Source of the DNA: Amoebidium appalachense | Lineage: Eukaryota; Protista; Ichthyosporea | Direction of reading: 5' to 3' | Assembly (NCBI GenBank): GCA_963693365.1 | Contig: CAVNZM010000002.1 | Coordinates: 17,517,615-17,581,614 of the forward strand | DNA length: 64,000 nucleotides | Shown: positions 15,266 to 26,274 of the stretch, one piece after another | How positions within the stretch are numbered: position 1 is the stretch's first letter | Layout: the number at the start of each line of letters is the position of its first letter | The notes under the pieces: model-generated | Told to the model about the DNA's origin: nothing | Seen by the model: only the letters and a program-made list of their open reading frames with translations | The model's database searches: none | Translations under genes and position numbers: made by a program

Positions 15266-15989
15266 TGTCGTATCCTAATGTATGTGTACTAGAGACGCGG
15301 TACTCCACTAAGTGTACACACACGAAAAGGAACGAACGTGTACAGAAAAACGGTAAAGTTTATTCAGACCAGGCTCCGACGGGCAAACTTAGATCCGAAC
15401 GGAATGAGTCTAAGTTACGACTGAGGCCATCAAGGCCGTGCCCTACAAGATCATCATCACCTGGCCCCCTACGATGCCACATTCCATTAACATTCCGATC
15501 TACTTTTATCGTGCGCCTGCACGAGCTAAGTCGATCTACTCAACTAATATATTTATCCAAGTCTCACCCCTCACCCTTCCCCTAGTGGCACCGCAGAGTC
15601 TAATTCTACATTTCATACTATCTCCCTCCCCCCTCCCTCCCCCCTTTCCTCTGTCATCGAAATATATAAATACGTTTGGCAGCATACACTATCAGAACTT
15701 GCCAATATTTACAAAAGGGCTTCTGCCCGAACAATCACATTCCTAAGTCCTCCTACGATCTATCCTACACACTAATTAGAATTCTATTGGTCGGCTGTCC
15801 CAGCTGACGTGGTCCTGCCCTGCGCCGGCAGAGGCAAGATGATGCACGCAGCTGCACAGCTATCTTGAGGCCCCGGACTTGATCTTGATGATCTGTGGAC
15901 CCGGGCCACCCCCCCCCCCCCCCCCCCCCCCCCCCCCGATCTCGATCGTAGACTTAGGCTAATCTGCTGAGACGGATTAGTATATGTCA
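15266..15989 (-). repeat. 3' LTR (724 bp)
   Basis: Matches 22903-23620 except one visible C/T substitution (15592 vs 23229) and a 6-nt longer poly-C tract. Confidence 0.96.
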
Positions 15990-16007
15990 ACTCCCCCCCC
16001 GGCCCTC
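15990..16007 (-). other. Polypurine tract
   Basis: Minus strand reads GAGGGCCGGGGGGGGAGT immediately before the TGACA start of the 3' LTR. Confidence 0.8.
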
Positions 16008-16193
16008 GGAAAAGCTGAGTCCCAACCTCAGTCACATTACATCTAACACCCCCTAAAAAGACATAGACTAATCAGTCTCCTAAAAAAAATTAAATTAAAT
16101 AAATTACGAAGAAAAATAATAAATTAATCTACACCATAAGCTTGATACCTACGGAGACACCTATGATAATAAATTAAATTCCTACGACTACGT

Positions 16194-18055
16194 TCACACT
16201 CCTCCTCGGTCTCCTCCCCTCCCTCCCCCTCCCCCCGTGTGTCTACGTGTATTTGCATCACTCCCCCCCCCGGCCCCCTCCCCCACCGACTTTTTCACAC
16301 CACGATTAAACTGAGGAATAACTCTCTTTGGCCGAGAGGGAGCACTAGGCAACTCCCTCTGCACTAATCTAGCCTCATAAGCACGAATAGAAAACGGGCA
16401 ATCCAAATGAAACTCAGGCAACCACTGATCTTCCTGATAACCTCCCTCAAAACGAATTAAATAATAATTTACCTTACCTTCCTTACCTTCGATAACCTTT
16501 TTATCCATAATTTTATCTACTGCAGCCTCCGATACATCCACCGACCCGTCATAGTCGGGGGTGAATGCATCTAACACTCGACGGCCCTCCGGCCGTTTAA
16601 CCCTAAGGGCCCTATCATAATATTCCTTTATATCATCTACATTATAAAATCTAACATCACTCTCATTATCTAACCTCTGCACCTTATATTCCGTCGGACC
16701 TAACCTAGCCACTATTTTATACGGACCGATAAAAAGAGGCAACCATTTCTTACCATACTTACGAAGACCTTCACCTTCACCCTTACCTTCCTGCTCCTGC
16801 TTATATCTCTTTTTCCTAGTATGATCCCTAATTAAAACTAAAGTACCCTCGGCAAATTCACGTAACGGACGTGTGGACACGTCTGTACGTGCCTGTGCCT
16901 GCTGTGTACGGGCCAGAGCTGCATCACGTGCAGCCCGGGCCCGGGTTAGTAGCTGCTCCCGGAACTCAGTCCAGTGGGGATAGGTTAGTCGGTCAGCCCC
17001 CCCATCGGCAAAAGTGCCGTATCTAACAAACTAATAGCCTCCTGCCCATAGACCAAATAAAACGGAGAAAAACCAGTCACAGCATGAGGGGTAGAATTAT
17101 ATGAATGAGCAATAAACCTAGACATATGATCCCAATCATTAGCCTCCACATCCACCATTTTGCCAAAGGACTTCTGAAACACTGCATGCACACGTTCAGA
17201 GATGGCATTTGCTTGAGGGTGATATGCAGACGTAGTGATATGAGCTACCCTTAAAATTTTACACACCTCCGACACCAACTGATTTAAAAACACACAACTC
17301 CTATCCGTTAACAAAACACGAGGACAACCAAACCTAAGACAAATTTCATCCACAAAAATACGAGCAAACAAAACGGCATTAGCAGTGGGGAGAGGAAAAA
17401 CTTCAACCCAACGAGTGGCCACATCGGTGACGGTAACAAGAACAGTGTTACCCTCAACCGTAGAATTAAAAGGACCGACCACATCCACTGCTACCCTTTC
17501 AAACATACGAACATTAAAATCCCTAATAAACGACGGGCGGGAACGAGAGTGGGGACTCTCATTCCTTTCCTGACAATGCATGCATGACAACACATAATCC
17601 CTCACCTCCCTACTCATACCCGGCCAAAAATACGAACGATTAACACGAAGCAACGTCCTATTTACACCTAAATGACCAGCCATGGGATGCTCATGCACCA
17701 TATGCAAAACCTCAGGCACAAGTGCCGTCGGGACCCAAACTCGGTGTCCGTCTGGCCCAGAACAATGATAAACTAAATCCTGCTCTACCTGACACATTTT
17801 TGCTAACTTAGCTACCTTAATCATCTGCCTTTTATTTTTAAATTTAATCGAATCAACCGGCCCCTTTAAATAATTCTTAACCAGACCAATCAACACATCT
17901 TCCTCCTGAGCTAAGATCAAAGCCGTAGGTGCTAAGGCAGGGGCCGAGCCATGAGACTCGGTCCCGACCTCCGACACTGACAAATACCTCCCCCCCCCTC
18001 CCCTACACTTATAAGCAAGCAACCCCGGAGCCCAAGAAGAAACATCAACAGACAC
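16194..18055 (-). CDS. pol: pol: integrase (H2C2 zinc finger, DDE core, GPY motif) plus C-terminal chromodomain; one frameshift in the G7 run at 16997-17003
   Basis: HEHPMAGHLG...CMHC; VAVDVVGP...LLTDRS...ISERVH; KWLPLFIGPYKIV; VDKIMDKK...YLIRFEGGYQEDQWLPEFHLDC. Confidence 0.93.
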
Positions 18056-18106
18056 AGCATCTATTCCTTTCTGCTCACTCTCCCCCCCTTCCCCCCTCCC
18101 CCCCCG

Positions 18107-19747
18107 TCACTCACTAGCCCCCCCCTCCCCCTCCTTCTCTTCTTCAAACAAAATATAAGCAGCACGAGAGAGAGCATCACAGTCAACCATTGTTTCACCC
18201 TTGGCATAAAACAATTTATAGGAGAACTCACCGAGAGCCGCGGCCCACTTCTGCATCCTCTCGTTGACCAGACGAGTGGTGCCGGCCATGGCTAGGCAGG
18301 GCTTGTGGTCGGTGTAGACCTCAAACGTCCTGCCTGCGAGTATATACCTCCATGCCTGTGAGACTGCCCAAAAGATAGCATGGGACTCTCTCTCCGGATT
18401 GCTATATCTACGTTCACTTTTACTAAATGAACGACTAGCATAAGCAATCACTCTATCCTGCCCCTCCTGCACTTGATATAACACGGCCCCCTCAGCAACC
18501 TTACTTGCATCACACCGAACTTTAAACATCCCCCCCCCGGCCGAAAGATCAGGATGAACAAGCATACTCGAAGACTGCAAAGCTAACTTAAGCTTTTCGA
18601 AAGCAGAAACAGCATCAACATTCCAATCTATTCTATTCTTCTTCTCCCCCCCCGTCTGACTAGTTAACGGCAAAGCAAGCATACTATAATCCTTAATATA
18701 ACGACGAAGATAATTAGTTAAACCTAAAAATTGCCTTAGTTGAGTGACAGTCTGAGGACGGGGCCACTCAACTATGGCCCGGATTTTCTCCGGATCAGGG
18801 GCAAGACCATTACTAGACACAATATGACCTAAAAACTTAACCTCCGGCACACCAATCACAGTCTTGCTACCGCTAATGCGAAGACCAGACTCACCCAAAG
18901 CTAAAAATACTTTTTCACAATTATTAACTAGCTCCTCAAATGACCTACCTTTAATTAAAACATCATCCAAATAAGGGTGGCATACATCCAAATGAGGGTG
19001 GAGAATTTTATACATTACCCGGCACAACATAGCTGGAGAGGAGAGCAAACCCATCGGCACCACCTTGTACTGGAACAGCTGGTCACCCAGTGCAAAGGCA
19101 GTCTTCTCCTTGCTGCTCTCCTCCAACCTTATCTGCCAAAAAGCTGCTTTTAAATCAAGTTTAGCAAAGTGAGTATAGCCGTGCAGCTGTGAAAGCTGCT
19201 CGTCTATGTTAGGGAGAGGCCATTGGTCTGCCTTAGTGATCCGATTCAGAGCCCTGTAATCGTTCACTAGACGCCAAGACCCGTCGGGCTTCTTAACCAA
19301 TAGCACCGGACTTCTCCACGGACTCGAACTATGCTCCACATGACCCTTTTTTAACATATCACTCACTATTATTAGCGCATCCGACAATTTATACTGCTCC
19401 ATTCTATAGCTAGGCATCACTACCGGCCTATTATCACCTGTGTCGATCTGCATTTCAAACCCTTTAACGAAGCCTACGTCGTTATCATCGGCCAGAAATG
19501 CAAACCGAGTCCTATCAAATAACTTAGCTAGCAATTTTTTCTGTTCTACCGTCCAATCCCCCTCCTTCATACCAAACGGCAATACTAACTCCGGGTTACC
19601 CCCATCACAAGTGGATGCATCCTTATTCACCGGAGTGCCACTTAACATTTCACCTCCTGTATTACATCGGTGCTGCTCGGGGTGAGGTTGAGGTACCTCC
19701 GGATATAGGCGGTCACCCTTAGCACCCCCCTCCCCCCGGCACACCAA
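18107..19747 (-). CDS. pol: pol: reverse transcriptase and RNase H
   Basis: SPWRSPVLLVKKPDGSWRLVNDYRALN, KLDLKAAFWQI, VVPMGL, YLDDVLI, FLGH; RNase H CDAS...ERE...YTDHK...DALSR. Confidence 0.96.
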   Translation of the reverse strand: MVCRGEGGAKGDRLYPEVPQPHPEQHRCNTGGEMLSGTPVNKDASTCDGGNPELVLPFGMKEGDWTVEQKKLLAKLFDRTRFAFLADDNDVGFVKGFEMQIDTGDNRPVVMPSYRMEQYKLSDALIIVSDMLKKGHVEHSSSPWRSPVLLVKKPDGSWRLVNDYRALNRITKADQWPLPNIDEQLSQLHGYTHFAKLDLKAAFWQIRLEESSKEKTAFALGDQLFQYKVVPMGLLSSPAMLCRVMYKILHPHLDVCHPYLDDVLIKGRSFEELVNNCEKVFLALGESGLRISGSKTVIGVPEVKFLGHIVSSNGLAPDPEKIRAIVEWPRPQTVTQLRQFLGLTNYLRRYIKDYSMLALPLTSQTGGEKKNRIDWNVDAVSAFEKLKLALQSSSMLVHPDLSAGGGMFKVRCDASKVAEGAVLYQVQEGQDRVIAYASRSFSKSERRYSNPERESHAIFWAVSQAWRYILAGRTFEVYTDHKPCLAMAGTTRLVNERMQKWAAALGEFSYKLFYAKGETMVDCDALSRAAYILFEEEKEGEGGASE

Positions 19748-21345
19748 TGCCCCCGGGCAATTCCTGATGAGTTAGTGCATGTATGTGGGGGGCCAGGTCT
19801 GTGGCCACCCTGCCCCCCACGGTGTTGGTTAACCCGTCAGATCCACGGGTTAGACCAACACCCTCCCCCCCTGCCTGCACATTCTCACACCCGGGGTGAC
19901 CCTCCTTCCTCTTGGGGGTCGGGGGAGTGGGACCGGTGCTGTCCTGGTCCCCCCCCCCATCGTGTCGGGTGACATTTTGGTGGCTAACGTTAAATAAAGT
20001 TGTTCCCCCTCCTCCTGAGTCACCCTTCGAGCCGGCATCCTCCTTTTGGGTAATAAGAGAGACCTCTATACTACCAATCTCATTAGTGAAACTACCGACG
20101 GAAACACCTGACCTAATCACTATAGGCTCGATGCCCGGATTCCCTAATTCTATTTCTATTGTCTTATCCGGCCATACCCTACTAAGGGTCCATTGGGCCA
20201 CCTCCTGAAATGGGGTTTTCGGAGTAAAAACCCCTAAATCCCCTATCCTAACATGATTGCCGGCCCGGACACGTACCGTTTGGCACTGATAAGGCTCGAT
20301 TACTACTTCAGCTACCGTTCTAGCACCAGACTGATAACCGTCGAGCCCATCATGGGTTTTAATTTTAACGCCGGACTGCAATTCTAAAACATTCGTACGT
20401 TCAAACAAAGCATTCACATGTCTACGGAAAAATGGGGCTCCCAACAAAACACTTTGAGCTAAATCCTTAACCACATAACAAGCAATATGCATAGCCTGGC
20501 CACCTATCTCACACGGCAACACACAAACACCTTCCACAGACATACTACTATTATTAGCACTACCTAAGGCTGTGCTAGAAGCATCTAAAATAGGAATTTC
20601 CCCCCCCGGCCTGATTAAAACGACGAATAAACGAAGCATGCACACAATTAACCTGAGCCCCTCCATCGAGCAAAGCAACAGCCTTCAACTTACCATCAGC
20701 TAACCATACGTCTATATAATGCCGGCTAAAACCAACTAAATCCTCCTCCAATTCAAGCAACACATCATCACTCACACCCAATCCCTGCCCACGAAGACTC
20801 ACACCCTCGATACCTACGTGCAACATACCTACCTGTGGTGCCTGCACGGGTGGGGTGGGGTGTGTATGTGGTGTGGGTGGTGGTGGAGTGTGTGTGTGTG
20901 ATGTGTGGGTGGGTGGTGTGTGTGTGTTTGGTGTATGTGTGGGTGTGTGTGTGGGTGTAGGTGTGTCTGCAACCGTCGTATGTTGTTGTGGTGGTGTGTT
21001 TCTACGTGTCTGTGCCTTCGCCCCCCTTCCCCCTTTACTCGTGTGTGTCCCCCCCCCTCCCGGAAACAATGGCACAGAAACCCCCTCCGGTGTGGTTAGA
21101 ACAAACACCGGGTTGGGACAAGAAACACTGAGACCATCCACTTGTGGCTGGGGAACCTCCCCCAACCACAAAACATTCACACCATTCATACCTTTGGTAG
21201 AGTCACCCCACAAACATTCATGCCATACCACCTCGACGCTGTCTTGAGGACCCACGACGATGCCCGGCTCCCACACGTATCGGGGCGGTGAGGGGGCAAA
21301 GGGAAGCTTAACCTGGGGTGGGGGAGGGTGAAGGTTCTCTGCAAC
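19719..21345 (-). CDS. pol: pol: Pro/Thr/His-rich linker, aspartic protease (split by a frameshift in the G8 run at 20600-20607) and PR-RT spacer
   Basis: VALLDGGAQVNCV active-site motif in ORF 20575-21276; downstream half (SANNSSMSVEG...VLLGAPFF) in ORF 19719-20678. Confidence 0.85.
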
Positions 21346-21410
21346 CTGGGGGGGACCGATACTGTCCCCCCCCCTCCCTCAGTGACCCCAGCTTCCCCCT
21401 CCCCCGGAAC

Positions 21411-22745
21411 TCAATAGCTCTTGTAACTACGGCAATATGCAGCAGAGTGCCCTTGCCGGCCACAAAAGTAACATGCACCAAAGAAGGGGCCAGGGGGGAC
21501 TTCAAAACCTTGGCGCAAAGCATAACCGGGAGCCCGGTCATGCTGGGGGGGCCCACCGTGTGCACCACGGCCCCCCCTTCCCCCCTGCCCCCCTCGGCCT
21601 CTCTCACCACCATTTCCACCCCTCCCTCTACCCTGCCCAGCACCACGAGCAAGATAAGGGGCAAACCTCTCGGTGAACTGCTGCTGTTGTCCTCCACGTC
21701 CACCTCGGCCACGACCGCCGTGTCCACCCCGGTCGCCGCCATGGCCACCCCGGAAGCCGAAGCCCCCTCGGCCCGAGAAGACGGCCTGGGAGAGCTCGGC
21801 AACCTGCTTGACCAACATGGTGAGTGCATCTGGCTGTTCACCCTCTTTTTTCTCTTTTTCCCCCTTCTGTCCACTCTCCTTCTTTTTCTTGTCTACTTCC
21901 ATCACCTCCTTTTTATCCCTCTTATTGAACTTCACCTCGTGCATGGCAAGCAAGTGACGTTTAACATGCAACACCACCTCATCTACATCATCATGCTCCC
22001 CAAACATGCGTGCAGTGTCTGTGTTTACTGAGAGAGCCTTACGAGCAAACTCGAATTTTTCCCTATCACTCACGTCACCAGCTAACTCACAAAGGTCCTC
22101 AAAGACCCGATATTCCCTCTCAAAGAATGCACGAGCTTCTACGGGGGACATATCTAAAGTGGGAAAGGTATACTTCCATTCTCTGAGCTGGGCCCGGAAG
22201 GTACGGCGCCGGTCGGCCGTCAGGTATCGGCCGACGAGCCGGGCCGTATACTCGAGCTCGTTTTCCGGCCGTGTGAAGGCCTCGAGCTCCCCGTCCACGT
22301 CGTCGGTGCTGTTCTCGTCCTCGTCGTCGGGGATGAACCGTGCGGCCAGACGTTTCTGGCCGAGCGTCCGGGACACCATCTCGTCCCTCCCCTCGTCGTA
22401 CTGCTGCTCGTATATACGAGCCGTCACCTGGGGGGCCTGCTCGGCCCGGTACGGGTGCTCCTCCATCAGGGTGCATAAGTCGGCCATTGTTTTGTGGTCG
22501 ATGCACTGTTTGATCATTAAGCACGAGGCCGCCACAGTGGGGGCCTTCTTTGTGTCTAACACTAGTGTGGGTGTGTTAGCTAGGAGTGTCCTAAGCCACC
22601 TAGGGATTTCCGAGTCGTGTTTGAGTGTAAAACTGAAAGCTGTGGTCTGTCTAACGTCTAGTGTATGAACCTGTGGTACCTGTGTGTGCAGGGAGCTATC
22701 CTCCGCTGCCAATGCGTAGAACATGTCTACGTTAAACTTAGCCAT
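21411..22745 (-). CDS. gag: gag, 444 aa, with RGG-rich region and CCHC zinc knuckle
   Basis: First ORF after the 5' LTR; C-terminal CYFCGRQGHSAAYC. Confidence 0.92.
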   Translation of the reverse strand: MAKFNVDMFYALAAEDSSLHTQVPQVHTLDVRQTTAFSFTLKHDSEIPRWLRTLLANTPTLVLDTKKAPTVAASCLMIKQCIDHKTMADLCTLMEEHPYRAEQAPQVTARIYEQQYDEGRDEMVSRTLGQKRLAARFIPDDEDENSTDDVDGELEAFTRPENELEYTARLVGRYLTADRRRTFRAQLREWKYTFPTLDMSPVEARAFFEREYRVFEDLCELAGDVSDREKFEFARKALSVNTDTARMFGEHDDVDEVVLHVKRHLLAMHEVKFNKRDKKEVMEVDKKKKESGQKGEKEKKEGEQPDALTMLVKQVAELSQAVFSGRGGFGFRGGHGGDRGGHGGRGRGGRGGQQQQFTERFAPYLARGAGQGRGRGGNGGERGRGGQGGRGGRGAHGGPPQHDRAPGYALRQGFEVPPGPFFGACYFCGRQGHSAAYCRSYKSY

Positions 22746-22902
22746 TGTGTGGTGTGTGCCCTAACTCGTGTGGTTGTGTTTATGTTTTTTTTTTTTGTTT
22801 GTTTTTTTTTTTTCTGTGTGTTTGAGGTGTAGCAACAGCCCAGAAGGAACTGTCACCGCGTTACCCTAGCGCGAAAAACCGCACTAAAAGAAAGGTGTAG
22901 CT

Positions 22903-23620
22903 TGTCGTATCCTAATGTATGTGTACTAGAGACGCGGTACTCCACTAAGTGTACACACACGAAAAGGAACGAACGTGTACAGAAAAACGGTAAAGTTTAT
23001 TCAGACCAGGCTCCGACGGGCAAACTTAGATCCGAACGGAATGAGTCTAAGTTACGACTGAGGCCATCAAGGCCGTGCCCTACAAGATCATCATCACCTG
23101 GCCCCCTACGATGCCACATTCCATTAACATTCCGATCTACTTTTATCGTGCGCCTGCACGAGCTAAGTCGATCTACTCAACTAATATATTTATCCAAGTC
23201 TCACCCCTCACCCTTCCCCTAGTGGCACTGCAGAGTCTAATTCTACATTTCATACTATCTCCCTCCCCCCTCCCTCCCCCCTTTCCTCTGTCATCGAAAT
23301 ATATAAATACGTTTGGCAGCATACACTATCAGAACTTGCCAATATTTACAAAAGGGCTTCTGCCCGAACAATCACATTCCTAAGTCCTCCTACGATCTAT
23401 CCTACACACTAATTAGAATTCTATTGGTCGGCTGTCCCAGCTGACGTGGTCCTGCCCTGCGCCGGCAGAGGCAAGATGATGCACGCAGCTGCACAGCTAT
23501 CTTGAGGCCCCGGACTTGATCTTGATGATCTGTGGACCCGGGCCACCCCCCCCCCCCCCCCCCCCCCCGATCTCGATCGTAGACTTAGGCTAATCTGCTG
23601 AGACGGATTAGTATATGTCA
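22903..23620 (-). repeat. 5' LTR (718 bp)
   Basis: Direct repeat of 15266-15989; followed by TSD GCTGG. Confidence 0.96.
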
Positions 23621-24180
23621 GCTGGAACGGACGACAACATTCCGTCGCGCCGCATACTCACAAAGACAAACGGTTTTGCGTATACTGTACTAAACCCTTC
23701 AAAAAACCGACCGAGCCCACACATGCACAATGGCATGCACCAACTCCGAAAAATAGGAACTTGGTGCTACAAGCTTCACTTGAACACACGCTTCACTTGA
23801 ACACACCATGGGGGCAGAGCAATAGGCACACTAACTATGCTAGCGTGTGGTGGGGCGTACATAGCCTTTCATATCAGGTGGTGTGGAAAGACCGTGGAGT
23901 GCTGCTGCATGCAGTTGGCTTCTTTCTCTAAACAGAAACACAGATAGACTCTCCCCTCCATGAGACCCAAATAGCGCCATTACTTTTGAGGCTTTTGACA
24001 ACCTTAGATGCGCTTCTAGTATAGACTTATTAAACGCGGCTAATTTCGAAAACCAAGACTTCCAGGACACAGGCAGAATTCGGACAGGTTTGTAGATAAT
24101 CCGTTCGATTTTTCGCCAGTTTACACAGGGTATTCAAGACCCACAAACTTGAAGGCTTGCTGGCCTTATTGTGCGCCAAA

Positions 24181-25080
24181 ATGGCCAACGCAGAGGAAGG
24201 CGTGTTCCATACCGTTCTGCGAGGCACCACGGTGTTCTATGCCGTGTCTGTGCCCACGCTTACACTGGTCAACATGGGGGCCTCCTTCGTGTTGTTCAGG
24301 GCACGCCACAGCTTTCCTATTGCCGAGCAGAGACCCTTCCAGGCCCTTGCACTTGTCTGGGTGGCGAACATGTGGGCCCTATGGTATATGTTCCGGTGGT
24401 TGGTGGAGGCCGGGCCCTACCTCCACATTCATCTAGGCAACAGCAACATCTACCAGACCCCGGCCGGATACACGTGGGGCATAGTTGTGCCGTGGCATCT
24501 GTTCGATATTACCGTCAAGTTCTCCTTCATGGCCCTTTGCACGCAGCTGGTGCTGCGCCACCTCGAGGTCCGCGCCATGCTCACGGGCAGCACCGTGACC
24601 GCCGACCGTGTGGCCGACATCATGTCCGTCACACGCAGAGGCCAGCGGGGAGGGTCCATGCCATTGGACACGGTGAGCCACCCGACCAGCAACCGGGAGG
24701 AGGGCAAATGCAACCCACCACCACAGGTGGCCCCTGACCACCGCTGCAGTCTGGCCACCATCGACCTACCGGATGGGGTGCTGGAGGACAACCTGAAGGC
24801 AGTGGGCAAGCTGGGCCAAAGATACCGCCAGTATCGGCTCCATGCAAACATGGTGTTTGCGTGCCTGTGGTTTTTGTTCTGTGTAGGGGGCATGGCCGTG
24901 TTGTTTAGTCTCACCGACTGGAAGTTCGAGAAGGGCAGTGGGTTCATTATGGGTGTGGAGGTCGACAAAGCCTCCGACCTGATTTCACTGGTGGCCAGCC
25001 TGCTGCTGCCCGTGGTGTCCCTCGCCTGTGCGCTGGCGCTGCGCACAGTGGCCTTCAATGACACAACATGGATGACACAG
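24181..25080 (+). pseudogene. N-terminal multi-pass membrane part (about 5 TM helices) of a probable 7TM-RGS gene, truncated by an insertion near 25075-25080
   Basis: Hydrophobic segments (FYAVSVPTLTLVNMGASFVLF; ALALVWVANMWALWYMF; FSFMALCTQLVL; MVFACLWFLFCVGGMAVLF; LISLVASLLLPVVSLACALAL) with an R-x-x-FPI-x-x-R loop. Composition changes abruptly after ...FNDTTWM. Confidence 0.7.
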
Positions 25081-25292
25081 CGGAAAAAGATGCGAATCTG
25101 TGTCCCGATTAAACCCTGATCACCATATGAGAATCGGGGCAAAATCGGGAAACCCGATTCGTAATTAGCGACGTGATCGGGATGAAATTAGCCTGATTAC
25201 ACCCCGATTTTTTGATACCGATCACACCCTGATTCGCAAAAAAAATCCCGATCACGCCCGTGACCGGGACACCCCGATTCCTTCCCGACCTG
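25076..25292 (+). mobile_element. Probable one-ended DNA transposon terminus with clustered CCCGAT(T/C) subterminal repeats
   Basis: Begins CACAGCGGAAAAAG at the gene breakpoint; at least 10 CC(C/T)GAT / ATCGGG motifs in both orientations within ~200 bp. No partner end found. Confidence 0.45.
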
Positions 25293-25667
25293 CCCTTACC
25301 TACTTCCTGCCCTTTCGATACTGGAACTTAACCCAAAAGAAGACAACCGCAAGAATGCTGAAGTACACCGTGACTACATTAGCTCGCGCCTTTACTTTAT
25401 TACTCGTACCACACACAGTGTGGTGTCAAGTCATGTTCTTCGTTATCACACACAGTGTGATGCAAGGTGTGATGCCGAGCCCGGAACAGCCCAACAACGG
25501 CTATTCAGCTGGGTAGAAAGCACTCACAATATATACAAAAGCAGACAGAAGGGTTTGGCACACAGAAGAACCCTAGTATGAGCAACACCAGGTTGCAAGC
25601 ATGAAGAGGCTATAGCTAAGTAGTCGTGGGGAGCCATAGAAGTATATAGATAGCTAGGTTAGCAAAC

Positions 25668-26274
25668 TGTCGTGGCAACAAACAGAGTGTATATGAACTA
25701 CTCTAACTATCTGCACGCTTAAAGGGGCTCGAAACCGTGTATACGTATAAACTTTTCTTTGAGTTGGGTGGGAAGCGAGTTTTTTGTGTTCTGAGAAGAA
25801 CTTCCAAAAGCCCGCGTCCCCGCGAGACACTTCACAGACACGCGGCCCACTGGCCAGACAAATACCACAGTGACATTCAGCCAATCACAACACTCCCTCC
25901 CCCACAGACTACACGCACTCCACACCATTGGCTACCGCCACCTCAGACACCCCTACAGCACTACAACACGTACACACGTTTACTCACAATACATATAAGC
26001 ATACACACACGCGAGCAGGCAACATGGGTCTCGCCAAGCACACAGCAAGAAGCAATACAACATTTAACATGGAGAGTACGCAGAGGCATGGTGCATGCAC
26101 GCGCGCACCTTTAACAATCAGCCGCCGCCGCATCAGGTTCTCCCCATACCACTGATTAATCTCCTCATACCCCACTTAGACCCCGGCATCACTATGCAAG
26201 AAAACCCCCGAAATTCACTCACCAAAACACGAATTATAGAAGCAAACTAATACGAATCAGCTCAGCACATGACA
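25668..26274. mobile_element. Solo LTR (607 bp) of a second LTR family
   Basis: Ends TGTCG...TGACA; perfect 5-bp TSD CAAAC at 25663-25667 and 26275-26279; further copies at 27179-28253. Confidence 0.88.

Larger units (their letters stand above)
15266..23620 (-). mobile_element. Full-length Ty3/Gypsy LTR retrotransposon with chromodomain integrase (chromovirus-like), 8,355 bp
   Basis: Two near-identical LTRs with TG...CA ends. 5-bp TSD GCTGG at 15261-15265 and 23621-23625. Domain order gag-PR-RT-RH-IN-chromo; PPT next to the 3' LTR. Confidence 0.97.

Noticed and set aside
15223-15746. ORFs of 102-120 aa duplicated at 22902-23383
   Set aside because: Incidental ORFs inside the two LTRs.
21318-22668. 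Plus-strand ORFs of 220-237 aa
   Set aside because: Antisense shadows of GC-rich gag.
25871-26274. A shorter 404-bp TGACA...TGACA unit with adjacent TGGTA as an LTR plus PBS
   Set aside because: The perfect CAAAC TSD defines the LTR as the full 607-bp unit, so the TGGTA is internal.
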